The notes: generated by a model from the letters alone, not told the origin. Counted from the stretch's first letter, positions 1-8,028 are shown. The stretch is DNA of 36,551 bases from a virus (IMGVR_UViG_3300011335_000496:1-36551); one strand, 5' to 3'. Program-made: numbers and translations.

Positions 1-35
1 GATAGCGAGCGATTGCGTGCCCTTGTGGTCGCTCC

Positions 36-512
36 TCATAGCTCCCCCCCTGCGTCCTTGTAGGCCTGTGCGATGGGGCGGGCTTCGTCGATGAATTCAG
101 AGCGTTGCTCGGGAGACCATTGATCGACCACCTTCTTTGCAATCCATTGTTTAGCAAGCACTATGTAATGATGCCAAGCCCTCTCTGGTCTAGGGGTGCT
201 GTTCTCGATAGGGTCGGGGAGGATGCCAGCCCAAAGAGCTAACTGCTTGAGTTGCCCCGGTGCTGGTGCGCTTAGGGTGGGTCTGGCTTTGGCTACCCGC
301 TCAAGTCTGCGGGCTTGCTCACCGTTTATTCCAGCGATGCTTAGGATGGTGTCGAGGTCTGCGTCCTCCTTGCGTGCTGAGGCTATGATGTCCCCAGCGT
401 CAGCGGCTAGAGATATGCACTCGCCCATATGCTCCACGGTCTCTTCCTTGGCCTTCTCTAATAGGGTGATGGTTTTCTTTAGCTCGATTCCTGTTTGCTT
501 GTCGTTGCTCAT
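36..512 (-). CDS. Hypothetical alpha-helical protein (weakly DUF3102-like)
   Basis: 158-aa ORF in the gene array; helical N-terminus with a LAADAGDIIASAR pattern. Confidence 0.6.
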   Translation of the reverse strand: MSNDKQTGIELKKTITLLEKAKEETVEHMGECISLAADAGDIIASARKEDADLDTILSIAGINGEQARRLERVAKARPTLSAPAPGQLKQLALWAGILPDPIENSTPRPERAWHHYIVLAKQWIAKKVVDQWSPEQRSEFIDEARPIAQAYKDAGGEL

Positions 513-529
513 TTTTGGGTGTCCTTGGG

Positions 530-820
530 TTATGCAAAGGCCTCGGCCAACTGCTCGGCCAACTCCTGTGCGGGTGGTTCGATCTCTACAAATCGTTCTG
601 CGTTAAAGCCCCTTTCACGATGGGGCGGGACGCTAGATGTGGGGTTGATAAGCCCTTCCAATAACACGGCCACCTCACCCGCCTCCCCCCTCCAATTTAC
701 CCCTACCTCCATAGATCGGATTTGGTAGATGCGGTCTTGGATGGGTAGTGCCTTGAATAGCTTGAGTGCCTCCGGTGGGAAGCGGTCATCCACACACACC
801 ACTTTGCTCCCTACCCTCAC
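530..820 (-). CDS. Hypothetical protein, SH3-like beta barrel
   Basis: GTG start overlapping the upstream TGA; MRVGSKVVCVDD...RF pattern typical of small phage proteins. Confidence 0.7.
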   Translation of the reverse strand: MRVGSKVVCVDDRFPPEALKLFKALPIQDRIYQIRSMEVGVNWRGEAGEVAVLLEGLINPTSSVPPHRERGFNAERFVEIEPPAQELAEQLAEAFA

Positions 821-1350
821 CGTTTTTTTCCTCCCTTTTTAATGCCCTTGGCGAACGCATCCTTGTTCCATTTGGGGCACTCTTTCCTACGCCTTTCGTG
901 GATTCGCTTGGCTCGCTCCTTGTAGATTTCCCTTACCCGCTCCGTCCGTTGGATGCGTAGGGTTAGCCCCGTGCGCTTGGTGAACTTGGATATTCTGGCT
1001 GAAAGGGCGGCTCTTGTGTAGGGCTTGCCAGTTGCGGGGTTCTCGAATCGGGCGGCCAAGCTGGTTAGGCTCTCGGGTGATCGGTTCGACATCGTGGCTA
1101 GAATCGCCTCGTCCAAGGTATCATCCCTCTTGTTCTTGAGGGTGGGATTGTCGGTCTGGCTTGATATGGTTTCCTCTACAATCTGCGTGAGCATCTTTGC
1201 CAACTGGTCGAGGCCAAGTGCGGGGTTCATCGCTTGCATTTGGGCGAGTCGTTCCCGCATCTGATCTTCTAGGGTGTCGATGGTCTCGGCCATATCTGGT
1301 GTATAGCTTGCCCTTATCGAATCCGCTGGGTCTTGTCCTTCGGCTTTCAT
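817..1350 (-). CDS. Putative HTH DNA-binding regulator
   Basis: ATGA-coupled; SLTSLAARF...TRAALSARISKF HTH-like segment and a basic C-terminus. Confidence 0.6.
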   Translation of the reverse strand: MKAEGQDPADSIRASYTPDMAETIDTLEDQMRERLAQMQAMNPALGLDQLAKMLTQIVEETISSQTDNPTLKNKRDDTLDEAILATMSNRSPESLTSLAARFENPATGKPYTRAALSARISKFTKRTGLTLRIQRTERVREIYKERAKRIHERRRKECPKWNKDAFAKGIKKGGKKR

Positions 1351-1496
1351 TTTACTAAGGCCGCCAATCTGATTATTCCGTCAGTCCAATCCTTGCGCTT
1401 CCGTTCCTTATATGCCTCTGCCAACGCTCCGAATCCTCGGTGGAGTCTTTTGGTCTTTGCCTTCTTGGGCTTCTCAAGATACCACGGCTTCTTCAT
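1347..1496 (-). CDS. Small basic protein (49 aa, MKKPWYLEKPKK...), not in the ORF track
   Basis: Translated by hand; ATGA overlaps at both ends fill the gap exactly. Confidence 0.7.
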   Translation of the reverse strand: MKKPWYLEKPKKAKTKRLHRGFGALAEAYKERKRKDWTDGIIRLAALVK

Positions 1497-1783
1497 TTGA
1501 TAGCGTCCCGCCATTGGCTTGTTCGCTTTGGCTTCTTTATCTCACCGTTTTCACTTAGGTATCTAGCGTGGTATTGGATAGCCCCTTGGCTTTTGTTTAG
1601 AGTCTCGGCGATGGTACGGGTCGGGATGCCGTTCACGATGAGCGTCTTTACAGCGTCTCGTAATAGCTCGATCTTGTCTTGGCGTTTGGTCGTTGCCATT
1701 AGGCTTTCTAGTTCCTCGGCCTTGTATCGCTCGCCAATAATTGTCTTGGCTTTTACCGATGAGGATATGAATGGTTCGCTCAT
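1493..1783 (-). CDS. HTH DNA-binding protein
   Basis: GIPTRTIAETLNKSQGAIQYHARYL is a classic HTH. Confidence 0.8.
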   Translation of the reverse strand: MSEPFISSSVKAKTIIGERYKAEELESLMATTKRQDKIELLRDAVKTLIVNGIPTRTIAETLNKSQGAIQYHARYLSENGEIKKPKRTSQWRDAIK

Positions 1784-2802
1784 AATAAAGTTATGGCTTT
1801 GAGGATTTCGTATGCGACTTGCGGGACGATGGCGTTGCCCAATCCTTTAATTCTGTCCACCCTATTGGATACCCCATGAGCCACTCGACCCATGCCGGAT
1901 TCAGCGAACCACTCCCCTTCATCTTTCCAAGTTCGGGGTGATTGCCCAGCATCACTTGCCTGTCGTTGCTCGTTGGAATTGGCCAGAGTCCCCTTGATGC
2001 TATTCTCCGAGCCACACGCCCCCCCTTGTCCAAACGCGCTAAGGATTCTGGATTCGTCCCGCAATCGTTCGCCTCCGATGCTCCCGGCGTGGGCCACATC
2101 ACAGACTCGTTTACTGCTCTCACTAAGCATCTGAACCGATTTTCCTTCGGATTCACATTTGCTGAATTGTCCATCGTTGGAGTTGGCCAAAGCTTCTTTT
2201 CCATTAAAACTACAACTCCACTTAACATCCCCGCAGTCCCATCCTTCCTCAACTGTCCCTTCCAGTCTCCTGCTATCGGAGTGGTCCATATTTCTTGCGA
2301 TAATCCAGACTCTATTCCTTCTGTGCGGGGCATCGACACCGCAAGCTGGAATAATGATCGGCTCGACTTCATATCCGCACGCTTCCAAATCAGAACACAC
2401 TTTGTCGAGTGCCAAGTTGATGATGCCAGCAACATTCTCACCAACGATCCAAGTTGGCCTTGCCTCTTGTATGACTCGGAGCATTTCTGGCCAGAGATAG
2501 CGGTCATCGTCCTTGCCTCGTTGCTTCCCGGCACAACTGAAAGGCTGGCAGGGAAATCCTCCTGTGAGAAGAGTGACTCCTCGGTATGCCGTGCCATCGA
2601 GTGCTTTGATATCTCCGTGGATTGGAACTTCTGGCCAGTGCTTTTTGATGACTGCTTGTGCGTATGGTTCGTTGTCGCAGAATCCAATCGTTCTGAATCC
2701 AGCCCATCGAGCGGCAAGAGCGAATCCCCCGATTCCGCTGAATAGATCGAGGTGGGTTGGTTCATTTGTTGTTGAGGTTATGTTCAAGATTTGTTGTGGC
2801 AA
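1780..2802 (-). CDS. DNA (cytosine-5)-methyltransferase, alpha chain
   Basis: Motif I DLFSGIGG, IV GGFPCQPFS, VI ENV, VIII HRRNRVWI, X LGNAIVP; no recognisable motif IX. Confidence 0.93.
   Translation of the reverse strand: MPQQILNITSTTNEPTHLDLFSGIGGFALAARWAGFRTIGFCDNEPYAQAVIKKHWPEVPIHGDIKALDGTAYRGVTLLTGGFPCQPFSCAGKQRGKDDDRYLWPEMLRVIQEARPTWIVGENVAGIINLALDKVCSDLEACGYEVEPIIIPACGVDAPHRRNRVWIIARNMDHSDSRRLEGTVEEGWDCGDVKWSCSFNGKEALANSNDGQFSKCESEGKSVQMLSESSKRVCDVAHAGSIGGERLRDESRILSAFGQGGACGSENSIKGTLANSNEQRQASDAGQSPRTWKDEGEWFAESGMGRVAHGVSNRVDRIKGLGNAIVPQVAYEILKAITLL
1791..2765 (-). CDS. Overlapping alternative-frame protein, probable beta chain of the C5-MTase (start may be the ATG at 2597)
   Basis: 324 stop-free codons inside the MTase; four W-[PT]-[TI]-P repeats; C-terminal LNPAWVEWLMGYPIGWT resembles motif IX. 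Confidence 0.7.
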   Translation of the reverse strand: MNQPTSIYSAESGDSLLPLDGLDSERLDSATTNHTHKQSSKSTGQKFQSTEISKHSMARHTEESLFSQEDFPASLSVVPGSNEARTMTAISGQKCSESYKRQGQLGSLVRMLLASSTWHSTKCVLIWKRADMKSSRSLFQLAVSMPRTEGIESGLSQEIWTTPIAGDWKGQLRKDGTAGMLSGVVVLMEKKLWPTPTMDNSANVNPKENRFRCLVRAVNESVMWPTPGASEANDCGTNPESLARLDKGGRVARRIASRGLWPIPTSNDRQVMLGNHPELGKMKGSGSLNPAWVEWLMGYPIGWTELKDWATPSSRKSHTKSSKP

Positions 2803-2819
2803 GTGCCATTTTTAGGTTG

Positions 2820-3080
2820 TTACAAATAATACTCCGCTACGCTTTTCCCGCTATTGGTCTTGATCGTGCGCTTGTATATGGGATGCCCCATCTTTTTGAG
2901 ATCGCATATGCGGCTGGCCAATCGAAAGCATCTGAACCATTCCAGAGCGTCGAGAGCCGTGATCGCTCGCCCTGTTTTCAAGTGGGCTAGGATTCTGGCG
3001 TTCTGGTCGTGGCCGTCACTCTGCTTTGGATGTGTGGTTCGGGCGAAGGGTAGCTCGTATTGTTCGGCAAGTAATATCAT
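2820..3080 (-). CDS. Winged-helix DNA-binding protein
   Basis: RILAHLKTGRAITALDAL...RLASRICDLKKMGHPI is a common phage wHTH pattern. Confidence 0.8.
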   Translation of the reverse strand: MILLAEQYELPFARTTHPKQSDGHDQNARILAHLKTGRAITALDALEWFRCFRLASRICDLKKMGHPIYKRTIKTNSGKSVAEYYL

Positions 3081-3577
3081 ACGAACATCCCTTTCTTACG
3101 CTTCCTCGTTAGACTCATTTTTCTAAGGATTGGGTTTCCATTAGATGCAACGAAGTCGTGGCGAGATGCATATTTGATGCTTGAGCGATGGCAATTCCAA
3201 GCCCTCGCCATCTCGTTTATATTTGCTCCAGCGGCAAGTTGGGTTTTCCATAAAGCCCACCTTTTCTTAACCACTTCGTATTTTCGGTTGCTTCCAGTTT
3301 TGGATTTCTTTATCCTTGGCAATAGCTCTCTTGGGATTTGCAGTAGGCTATCACCCCCTTCAATCTGATGTGTGATCGGTTTAAGGGGTATTGTGCGAGC
3401 AATTTCACCCATCATAGAGGCTAGTTTATCAATCTGGCCTCCATCCTCTTTTGCCTTGGCGATCATTCCCGCTAGTTGGGTGATCTGTGCGTCTTGCCCA
3501 GCCATCCTTTCCTCAAGCATCTTGATTCTGTGGATTGCGGCGGGTAAGGCTAGGTGAGCGGTTAGCATTGCGTTCAT
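3077..3577 (-). CDS. Coiled-coil plus C-terminal HTH protein
   Basis: Start reassigned to the ATGA overlap at 3577; GANINEMARAWNCHRSSIKYA HTH. Confidence 0.65.
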   Translation of the reverse strand: MNAMLTAHLALPAAIHRIKMLEERMAGQDAQITQLAGMIAKAKEDGGQIDKLASMMGEIARTIPLKPITHQIEGGDSLLQIPRELLPRIKKSKTGSNRKYEVVKKRWALWKTQLAAGANINEMARAWNCHRSSIKYASRHDFVASNGNPILRKMSLTRKRKKGMFV

Positions 3578-4350
3578 GGGCAACCAGCTTTCACCCAATC
3601 TTCTCTCCGAGCAAATCCCATCACCTTGTAGGTGGGCGGTGAGTAGCAACTGTTCCTATGGTTATCGTTCATTGGTTTGTTTTCCTTTTTGTTGGTGGTT
3701 TGATTCCGTCTCTGACAATTTCTGGCACACGCTCTCCAGTCTTTAACTGGGGTCTTGCCCCCAATCTTCCATCCGTTCGATTCATAGTAATCAAAAGCCG
3801 ACTCTGCATCCGTTGTCCCCCATCCGATCTCCTTACTATATGCCAACCATTCAACGCGCGTGGGGCGTAAGCCCTCTCTCTCTTTCTTGTTGTTACTATT
3901 GCTCTCATTCTGACTATTACTCTTACTATAACTCTTACTCTTATTATGTACGATGGATAGTTCATCTTTGGCTGATAGATGGGTCATAGATGGCTCATCT
4001 ATGGTGCATCTATGGGTCATCCTTGAGGCATAGCCCTCTGCCTTTTGGTTCATCTTCACCAGTCCTTTCTCTATACCAGCGTGATAGATAGCCCCATCTT
4101 TTCGGGTGAAAACACCAGCGGTTTCTAGTTCAGCGAGGAGGTTGGTCGCATCCTCCCCCACCATTCTCCCGATCTGTTCCGTGGTCGGGGTGATTCCGTT
4201 GATGATCAGCCGCCCTCCTTCGTTGGCTTTGTAGGCTAGGCATAGAAGGTGAATCCATAGCCCTTTAGCCCCAAGACTGACCAAGGCTAACTTCTCATTC
4301 GATAGCCAGCGGTTAGGCTCAAAGGCAAACCAGAAGTTGTCTCGCTTCAT
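3574..4350 (-). CDS. Phage replication initiator (lambda O/DnaD-like organisation)
   Basis: N-terminal W..D/N..L..VSLGAKGLWIHLLC wHTH, low-complexity linker, C-terminal AFDYYESNGWKIG...KDWRAC domain. Confidence 0.8.
   Translation of the reverse strand: MKRDNFWFAFEPNRWLSNEKLALVSLGAKGLWIHLLCLAYKANEGGRLIINGITPTTEQIGRMVGEDATNLLAELETAGVFTRKDGAIYHAGIEKGLVKMNQKAEGYASRMTHRCTIDEPSMTHLSAKDELSIVHNKSKSYSKSNSQNESNSNNKKEREGLRPTRVEWLAYSKEIGWGTTDAESAFDYYESNGWKIGGKTPVKDWRACARNCQRRNQTTNKKENKPMNDNHRNSCYSPPTYKVMGFARREDWVKAGCP
3893..4021. repeat. Probable replication origin: iteron-like ATAGATGG/CATCTATGG repeats next to an AT-rich (TTACTM)n tract
   Basis: gatagatgggtcatagatggctcatctatggtgcatctatgggtcatc and ttactcttactataactcttactctta, inside the initiator gene as in lambda O. 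Confidence 0.7.
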
Positions 4351-4553
4351 TTGCGCTTCTCCTTGTCCCGTTCCCGGTATGTCTTGGCTCGGGCTAGGAG
4401 TTCCTTCGTTACCTTGTGGGAGTAGTCTAGGTGTGTTCTTACATCCTTGAACGCTTCCCGCTGGGCTGGGGTTAGGCTTTGGAATAGTTCCTTCACTCGG
4501 CTTGCTAGGTTTTTGTGGAGGTCTCCAACGAGGGCTAGTCTTTTAACGCTCAT
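4347..4553 (-). CDS. Hypothetical protein
   Basis: 68 aa, ATGA-coupled to the initiator. Confidence 0.7.
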   Translation of the reverse strand: MSVKRLALVGDLHKNLASRVKELFQSLTPAQREAFKDVRTHLDYSHKVTKELLARAKTYRERDKEKRK

Positions 4554-4689
4554 CGTTCCACAACTTTCTTAGTTGATCCCAGCACAGGCCGAGCAAAAAT
4601 AGCACCCCAACAAAAACGCCTAATAAAAAGCCTATCAACATTCCAAGTTCGAGTAGCAACTTGGCGGTGGATAAAAGGAAACTTATCAT
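4543..4689 (-). CDS. Small membrane protein (48 aa, MISFLLSTAKLLLELGMLIGFLLGVFVGVLFLLGLCW...)
   Basis: Translated by hand; ATGA overlap with the upstream gene; one long hydrophobic helix. Confidence 0.7.
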   Translation of the reverse strand: MISFLLSTAKLLLELGMLIGFLLGVFVGVLFLLGLCWDQLRKLWNDER

Positions 4690-4922
4690 TTGGGTGAGGT
4701 CGGCCACGCCGCCCATAGGTTAACCCTCGTAGCCACCTGCCAGTCCCCGACATAAAATTTCTCATCAATGTACCGGCCTCCCAGTATTTCGCCGTCTCTA
4801 TCCAATAACACTTTTTCATAGTTCTCTGGTCTTTCTTTGGTTGAGTTCCACTGAATCATCGTCCACTTCACTTTCGGAATGTGAACATCAATCGACACTT
4901 GGGGGCAACCTCCGTATGGCAA
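4686..4922 (-). CDS. DUF551-like small phage protein (start uncertain)
   Basis: QWNSTKERPENYEKVLL...VNLWAAWP matches the W.S..ERP...V..W...P pattern. Confidence 0.65.
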   Translation of the reverse strand: MPYGGCPQVSIDVHIPKVKWTMIQWNSTKERPENYEKVLLDRDGEILGGRYIDEKFYVGDWQVATRVNLWAAWPTSPK

Positions 4923-5115
4923 GCACCACCTCGTTAAGCGTATCCTTCTGCACTTGATCTTCGATTCCGTCCGCTAGTTGCTGAACAAGTTCCGCACAAC
5001 GATTGCGTTCGTTGGCCTCTGCCATCCTCAAGCCCTCCCGCAGAATTGCGGAAAGGTCGGGGAGGAGAGTCGCCCCTATTGATAATGTCTTTGGGATATT
5101 AGAATGGAATTGCAT
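4888..5115 (-). CDS. Hypothetical protein
   Basis: 75 aa; ERNRCAELV...LAIRRL pattern common in phages. Confidence 0.65.
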   Translation of the reverse strand: MQFHSNIPKTLSIGATLLPDLSAILREGLRMAEANERNRCAELVQQLADGIEDQVQKDTLNEVVLAIRRLPPSVD

Positions 5116-5875
5116 CTTTTTTGTCCTCCTCGGCTAGTATCTCTGCAATGATTTGGTTTCTCACTAGGTCGTTGGTGTATGGCTTTCCATCGGCGGCGAG
5201 TTTCAGTTCTTGCTTGGCCAGCCAATCGAGATAGTCCAGCCCCTTACCACTTGGGAACTTGGCGATCTCTCGGAGGCTCGAACCCTTGTGCTTGCCGAAC
5301 TTCAAGACCATATCCCGCTTCTCTGTGGTTGGCGATTGTTCGCTGACCAGTTGAGCCGTGATCTCGGCGGCCTCCTCCTTCGTGATCTTGGCGGGAGGGG
5401 CTTCGTTCTTGATTGTGTTCAGCGGTTCGTTATCGAACCCGCCGTGAGGAACTTCTTCCGCCGGCGTTGTGCTCAAATTTCGGTCGATTAGCACGACCAC
5501 ATGTGCGAATGCAGACCGACAAGCCCGACTGATTGAACGAGTTTGAACCATAGCACGCCGTGCATAAACTGGACGCTGGCTCCACATTTGCTCATCGTCG
5601 CCCAAGAACCCTTCGGCTTGGGAAATGACTTGGCCTGTGTCCATCCTCTTCACTTCTCCAATACACCGATAGCCGTCCTCAAGCCTCTCAACATCTCTTG
5701 CGCTCGCTACGCATCCGTGTGCTACTGCGATGGCTTGCCAGCCTTCGACCCGCACATAATCCTTTTGGCCTATGCGCTGGCAAGTTTGCTTTACTATTTC
5801 TCGACAAGCTCCCGCCACATCAGTCGCTTGACGAATATGATTGGAGACTCCGTTGGTGGTTGTTACTAATTCCAT
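5099..5875 (-). CDS. ssDNA-annealing (recombination) protein with a C-terminal FGKHKG domain and an SSB-like tail
   Basis: KDYVRVEGWQ...AMVQTRSISRACRSAF SSAP-like core; LKFGKHKG..L.EI...YLDWL module; ends DAIPF; start set at ATG 5875 after AAAGGA. Confidence 0.7.
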   Translation of the reverse strand: MELVTTTNGVSNHIRQATDVAGACREIVKQTCQRIGQKDYVRVEGWQAIAVAHGCVASARDVERLEDGYRCIGEVKRMDTGQVISQAEGFLGDDEQMWSQRPVYARRAMVQTRSISRACRSAFAHVVVLIDRNLSTTPAEEVPHGGFDNEPLNTIKNEAPPAKITKEEAAEITAQLVSEQSPTTEKRDMVLKFGKHKGSSLREIAKFPSGKGLDYLDWLAKQELKLAADGKPYTNDLVRNQIIAEILAEEDKKDAIPF

Positions 5876-5894
5876 TTTGGTTATTCCTTTGGGT

Positions 5895-6071
5895 TCAATA
5901 GTTGGGGTTGCTGTTGTAATGTCCGTACTCCTCACGCTCTCGCCGAACTGAATCGGGGAAGCGCATGAAAGAAAAGTCTTTCTTTTGGTCATGCTCCGTG
6001 TCTGGTATGGACTCTGCTTTGATTTCCGTCTTTGGTTCTGTCTTTGCTTCTAGCTTCTTTGGTTTCTTCAT
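5895..6071 (-). CDS. Small charged protein (58 aa, MKKPKKLEAK...)
   Basis: Translated by hand; AAAAGGAACAACCA leader and ATGA overlap. Confidence 0.6.
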   Translation of the reverse strand: MKKPKKLEAKTEPKTEIKAESIPDTEHDQKKDFSFMRFPDSVRREREEYGHYNSNPNY

Positions 6072-6388
6072 TGGTTGTTCCTTTTATTTATGGTTTCTAC
6101 TATCGGGGAAATCCATTTGGCTGAGATGTCGTGGGAAGGGATTCGGAAAACTAGGATGCCCATTGATGAGGCGAGGTTGTATTTCTCCATATCATTAAGG
6201 AATCCAGTTGGCCTTGTATGTCTGCCTCTCGTCCATACCCCGCCCTCGAGTTCAACGCTTACACCAGAGGGGTGATAGTAATCGAATCTAAACCTTCTGC
6301 CATCACAAAACTTGTATTCCCTCACTAGCCCCCACCCACCAAGACTCTTAAAAAGAATCTCAAACTTAGCTGATGGGGTCATCTTCAT
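6068..6388 (-). CDS. PD-(D/E)xK restriction-like endonuclease (DUF559/Vsr-like)
   Basis: EYKF...RRFRFDY...VELEGGVW..GRH...D.EKYN.A...G..V.R. Confidence 0.85.
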   Translation of the reverse strand: MKMTPSAKFEILFKSLGGWGLVREYKFCDGRRFRFDYYHPSGVSVELEGGVWTRGRHTRPTGFLNDMEKYNLASSMGILVFRIPSHDISAKWISPIVETINKRNNQ

Positions 6389-6598
6389 TTAGTTACGCCC
6401 TGCCCAGTTGTTGCTTGGAATAGATTCTTCTTTGGGGCGGTTGCCCTCGGCCACAATCTTGTCCATCTTATCTAGCTCGGCGGCCACCCATAGATAAAAG
6501 TTCCGTCTCTCGTAGTTCTGTTGGTCGATGTGCTTTGCCAATAGCTTCACCCCTTGGAGAATGAGAAGCCCGAAGAAGATGCCGAGGCCAAAGATCAC
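6389..6598 (-). CDS. Membrane-anchored small protein
   Basis: GTGA overlap start; N-terminal TM IFGLGIFFGLLILQGV. Confidence 0.65.
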   Translation of the reverse strand: MIFGLGIFFGLLILQGVKLLAKHIDQQNYERRNFYLWVAAELDKMDKIVAEGNRPKEESIPSNNWAGRN

Positions 6599-7152
6599 CA
6601 GCGAATCCTCATCTTGTGCCACTCTGGTGAACAATAAGAAGGGTTAGAAATCCAAGGATATTTCTGATCGTCCTTGCTAACGAATCCTTCCCAAAGAACT
6701 TCCCCCGCCTTTTGATTCTGGTAGTCCATCTCTGCCCAGCAATCCTTGAGTTTGTGGTGGTCGAGGCGAGGCATCCGTAGGAGAGCGTTGGCCTTCACCT
6801 CGTAGGATGCGGGTTCGATCTCCTCGATGAGCTTGAGCCGTTCTGCAATCGGCTTCGGATTGGACGGGTCGAAAGCATCAATGAGAATAATCGTTCCCTT
6901 TGCCGTCCGTGTCCTCATCCCCATAATCTCTCCATCAATATATCGAGCCTTGATCTCGATTCCTTTTAGTCTCTCAAGAACTAACTCGGAGTTTTTGGCC
7001 TTCACGCCGTGGCGATTCATAACCAATCCAGTAGCTTGATCGAATAAGAACCGCCACCCATTCGCCTTAGGTTGGTGGATGTAGTCGGCGTACTCATCGC
7101 CGTAAACATTCCTTGCACAAGCAACTGGTCTTGCTGGTAGCGGGGATTTCAT
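6595..7152 (-). CDS. Minimal ATP-dependent ligase-like nucleotidyltransferase (adenylation domain only)
   Basis: Motif I QPKANGWR, III IDGEI, IIIa IDAF, IV EGFVSK, V WHKMR; the protein ends right after motif V. Confidence 0.8.
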   Translation of the reverse strand: MKSPLPARPVACARNVYGDEYADYIHQPKANGWRFLFDQATGLVMNRHGVKAKNSELVLERLKGIEIKARYIDGEIMGMRTRTAKGTIILIDAFDPSNPKPIAERLKLIEEIEPASYEVKANALLRMPRLDHHKLKDCWAEMDYQNQKAGEVLWEGFVSKDDQKYPWISNPSYCSPEWHKMRIRW

Positions 7153-7186
7153 TTGCGTATTATTGTTAGGATTTCTGGGATGGCAA
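7153..7186 (-). promoter_or_regulatory. Putative sigma70-type promoter giving a leaderless transcript
   Basis: TTGCCA-16 nt-AATAAT-6 nt-ATG(7152). Confidence 0.45.
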
Positions 7187-7189
7187 GGT

Positions 7190-7276
7190 TTATTTCAAGA
7201 CTATTTCAACGATGGCCAGCACCGAGCCAGCACCGATCACGAGGCCAGCAATATAGGAGAGGAGGAGTTTGTTCAT
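7190..7276 (-). CDS. 28-aa hydrophobic peptide (MNKLLLSYIAGLVIGAGSVLAIVEIVLK)
   Basis: Translated by hand; preceded by the conserved early-gene leader containing AAAGGA. Confidence 0.7.
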   Translation of the reverse strand: MNKLLLSYIAGLVIGAGSVLAIVEIVLK

Positions 7277-7305
7277 TTGGTTTGGTTTCCTTTCTTGGTT
7301 GGGGG

Positions 7306-7509
7306 TTACTGGCTGATGTGTTTGGTCGCTAGTTTTTGGGCAACTTGCAAGGCGGTGGGGGCTTCGTAGTAAATACCATCAAAGAAAGCGTAAAATACTT
7401 TCTTCCCTTTTCGACAAAGGTCGGCGATGACTGATGGGGTGTTGTCGATGGGGTAAAGATAAAGCTCTACGAGGTCATCAAACTTTTGGGAGTCGCTTAG
7501 GGTTGTCAT
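7306..7509 (-). CDS. Small early protein
   Basis: 67 aa, bounded by leader repeats. Confidence 0.75.
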   Translation of the reverse strand: MTTLSDSQKFDDLVELYLYPIDNTPSVIADLCRKGKKVFYAFFDGIYYEAPTALQVAQKLATKHISQ

Positions 7510-7529
7510 AGTTGTGGTTCTTTCTTGGG

Positions 7530-7799
7530 TTAGTTGGTTTCTAGGGTTTTCGCAAACAGCATCACGGCATTATGATCTTTGAGGATAAAGCTAAAGGAGT
7601 GACCACCATCAAAGGTAAATTGAGCCACCGCCAACTCACCCACCTTCGGGGTCTCACACTCGTTGGCAATCAGTACCTCTACTTTCTTCTCCCCTTGTTT
7701 GATATCCTTCCAAAATGCTGTGCAATTCCCGCCCGTTCCTCCTATGTGGAATCCATAATCTGCCATTGTTTTTTCGTATTTGTCTTGGGTGATTTTCAT
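7530..7799 (-). CDS. Small early protein
   Basis: Start reassigned to ATG 7799 after the leader repeat; GFHIGGTGGNCTAF motif. Confidence 0.75.
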   Translation of the reverse strand: MKITQDKYEKTMADYGFHIGGTGGNCTAFWKDIKQGEKKVEVLIANECETPKVGELAVAQFTFDGGHSFSFILKDHNAVMLFAKTLETN

Positions 7800-7833
7800 G
7801 TTTATTTTCTTTCTTTGGTTGGGGTTTCTTGTG

Positions 7834-8028
7834 CTACTCAAGGGAAATAATCAAATCAGTTAGTTGGTTTAGTCGGCCACCTGTAAATTCAGCAATATCT
7901 ACATCGTAAGTTCCGAGCCTTACAGAGGCCAACGCTTTCTTTGCCCTTGGAGTGCCTATCTCAATCAAGGCAACAAGGTCTTGTATCACTCTTTTTGTTT
8001 TCTCTTCTATTGTTATTGAGCTAGTCAT
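7834..8028 (-). CDS. Small early protein
   Basis: 64 aa after a leader repeat. Confidence 0.7.
   Translation of the reverse strand: MTSSITIEEKTKRVIQDLVALIEIGTPRAKKALASVRLGTYDVDIAEFTGGRLNQLTDLIISLE

Noticed and set aside
3669-3965. 98-aa alternative-frame ORF with RVRVIVRVIV repeats
   Set aside because: It is a by-product of the hexamer repeats at the putative origin.
4550-4819. 89-aa minus-strand ORF
   Set aside because: It overlaps two better-supported genes (4686..4922 and the ATGA-coupled 4543..4689).
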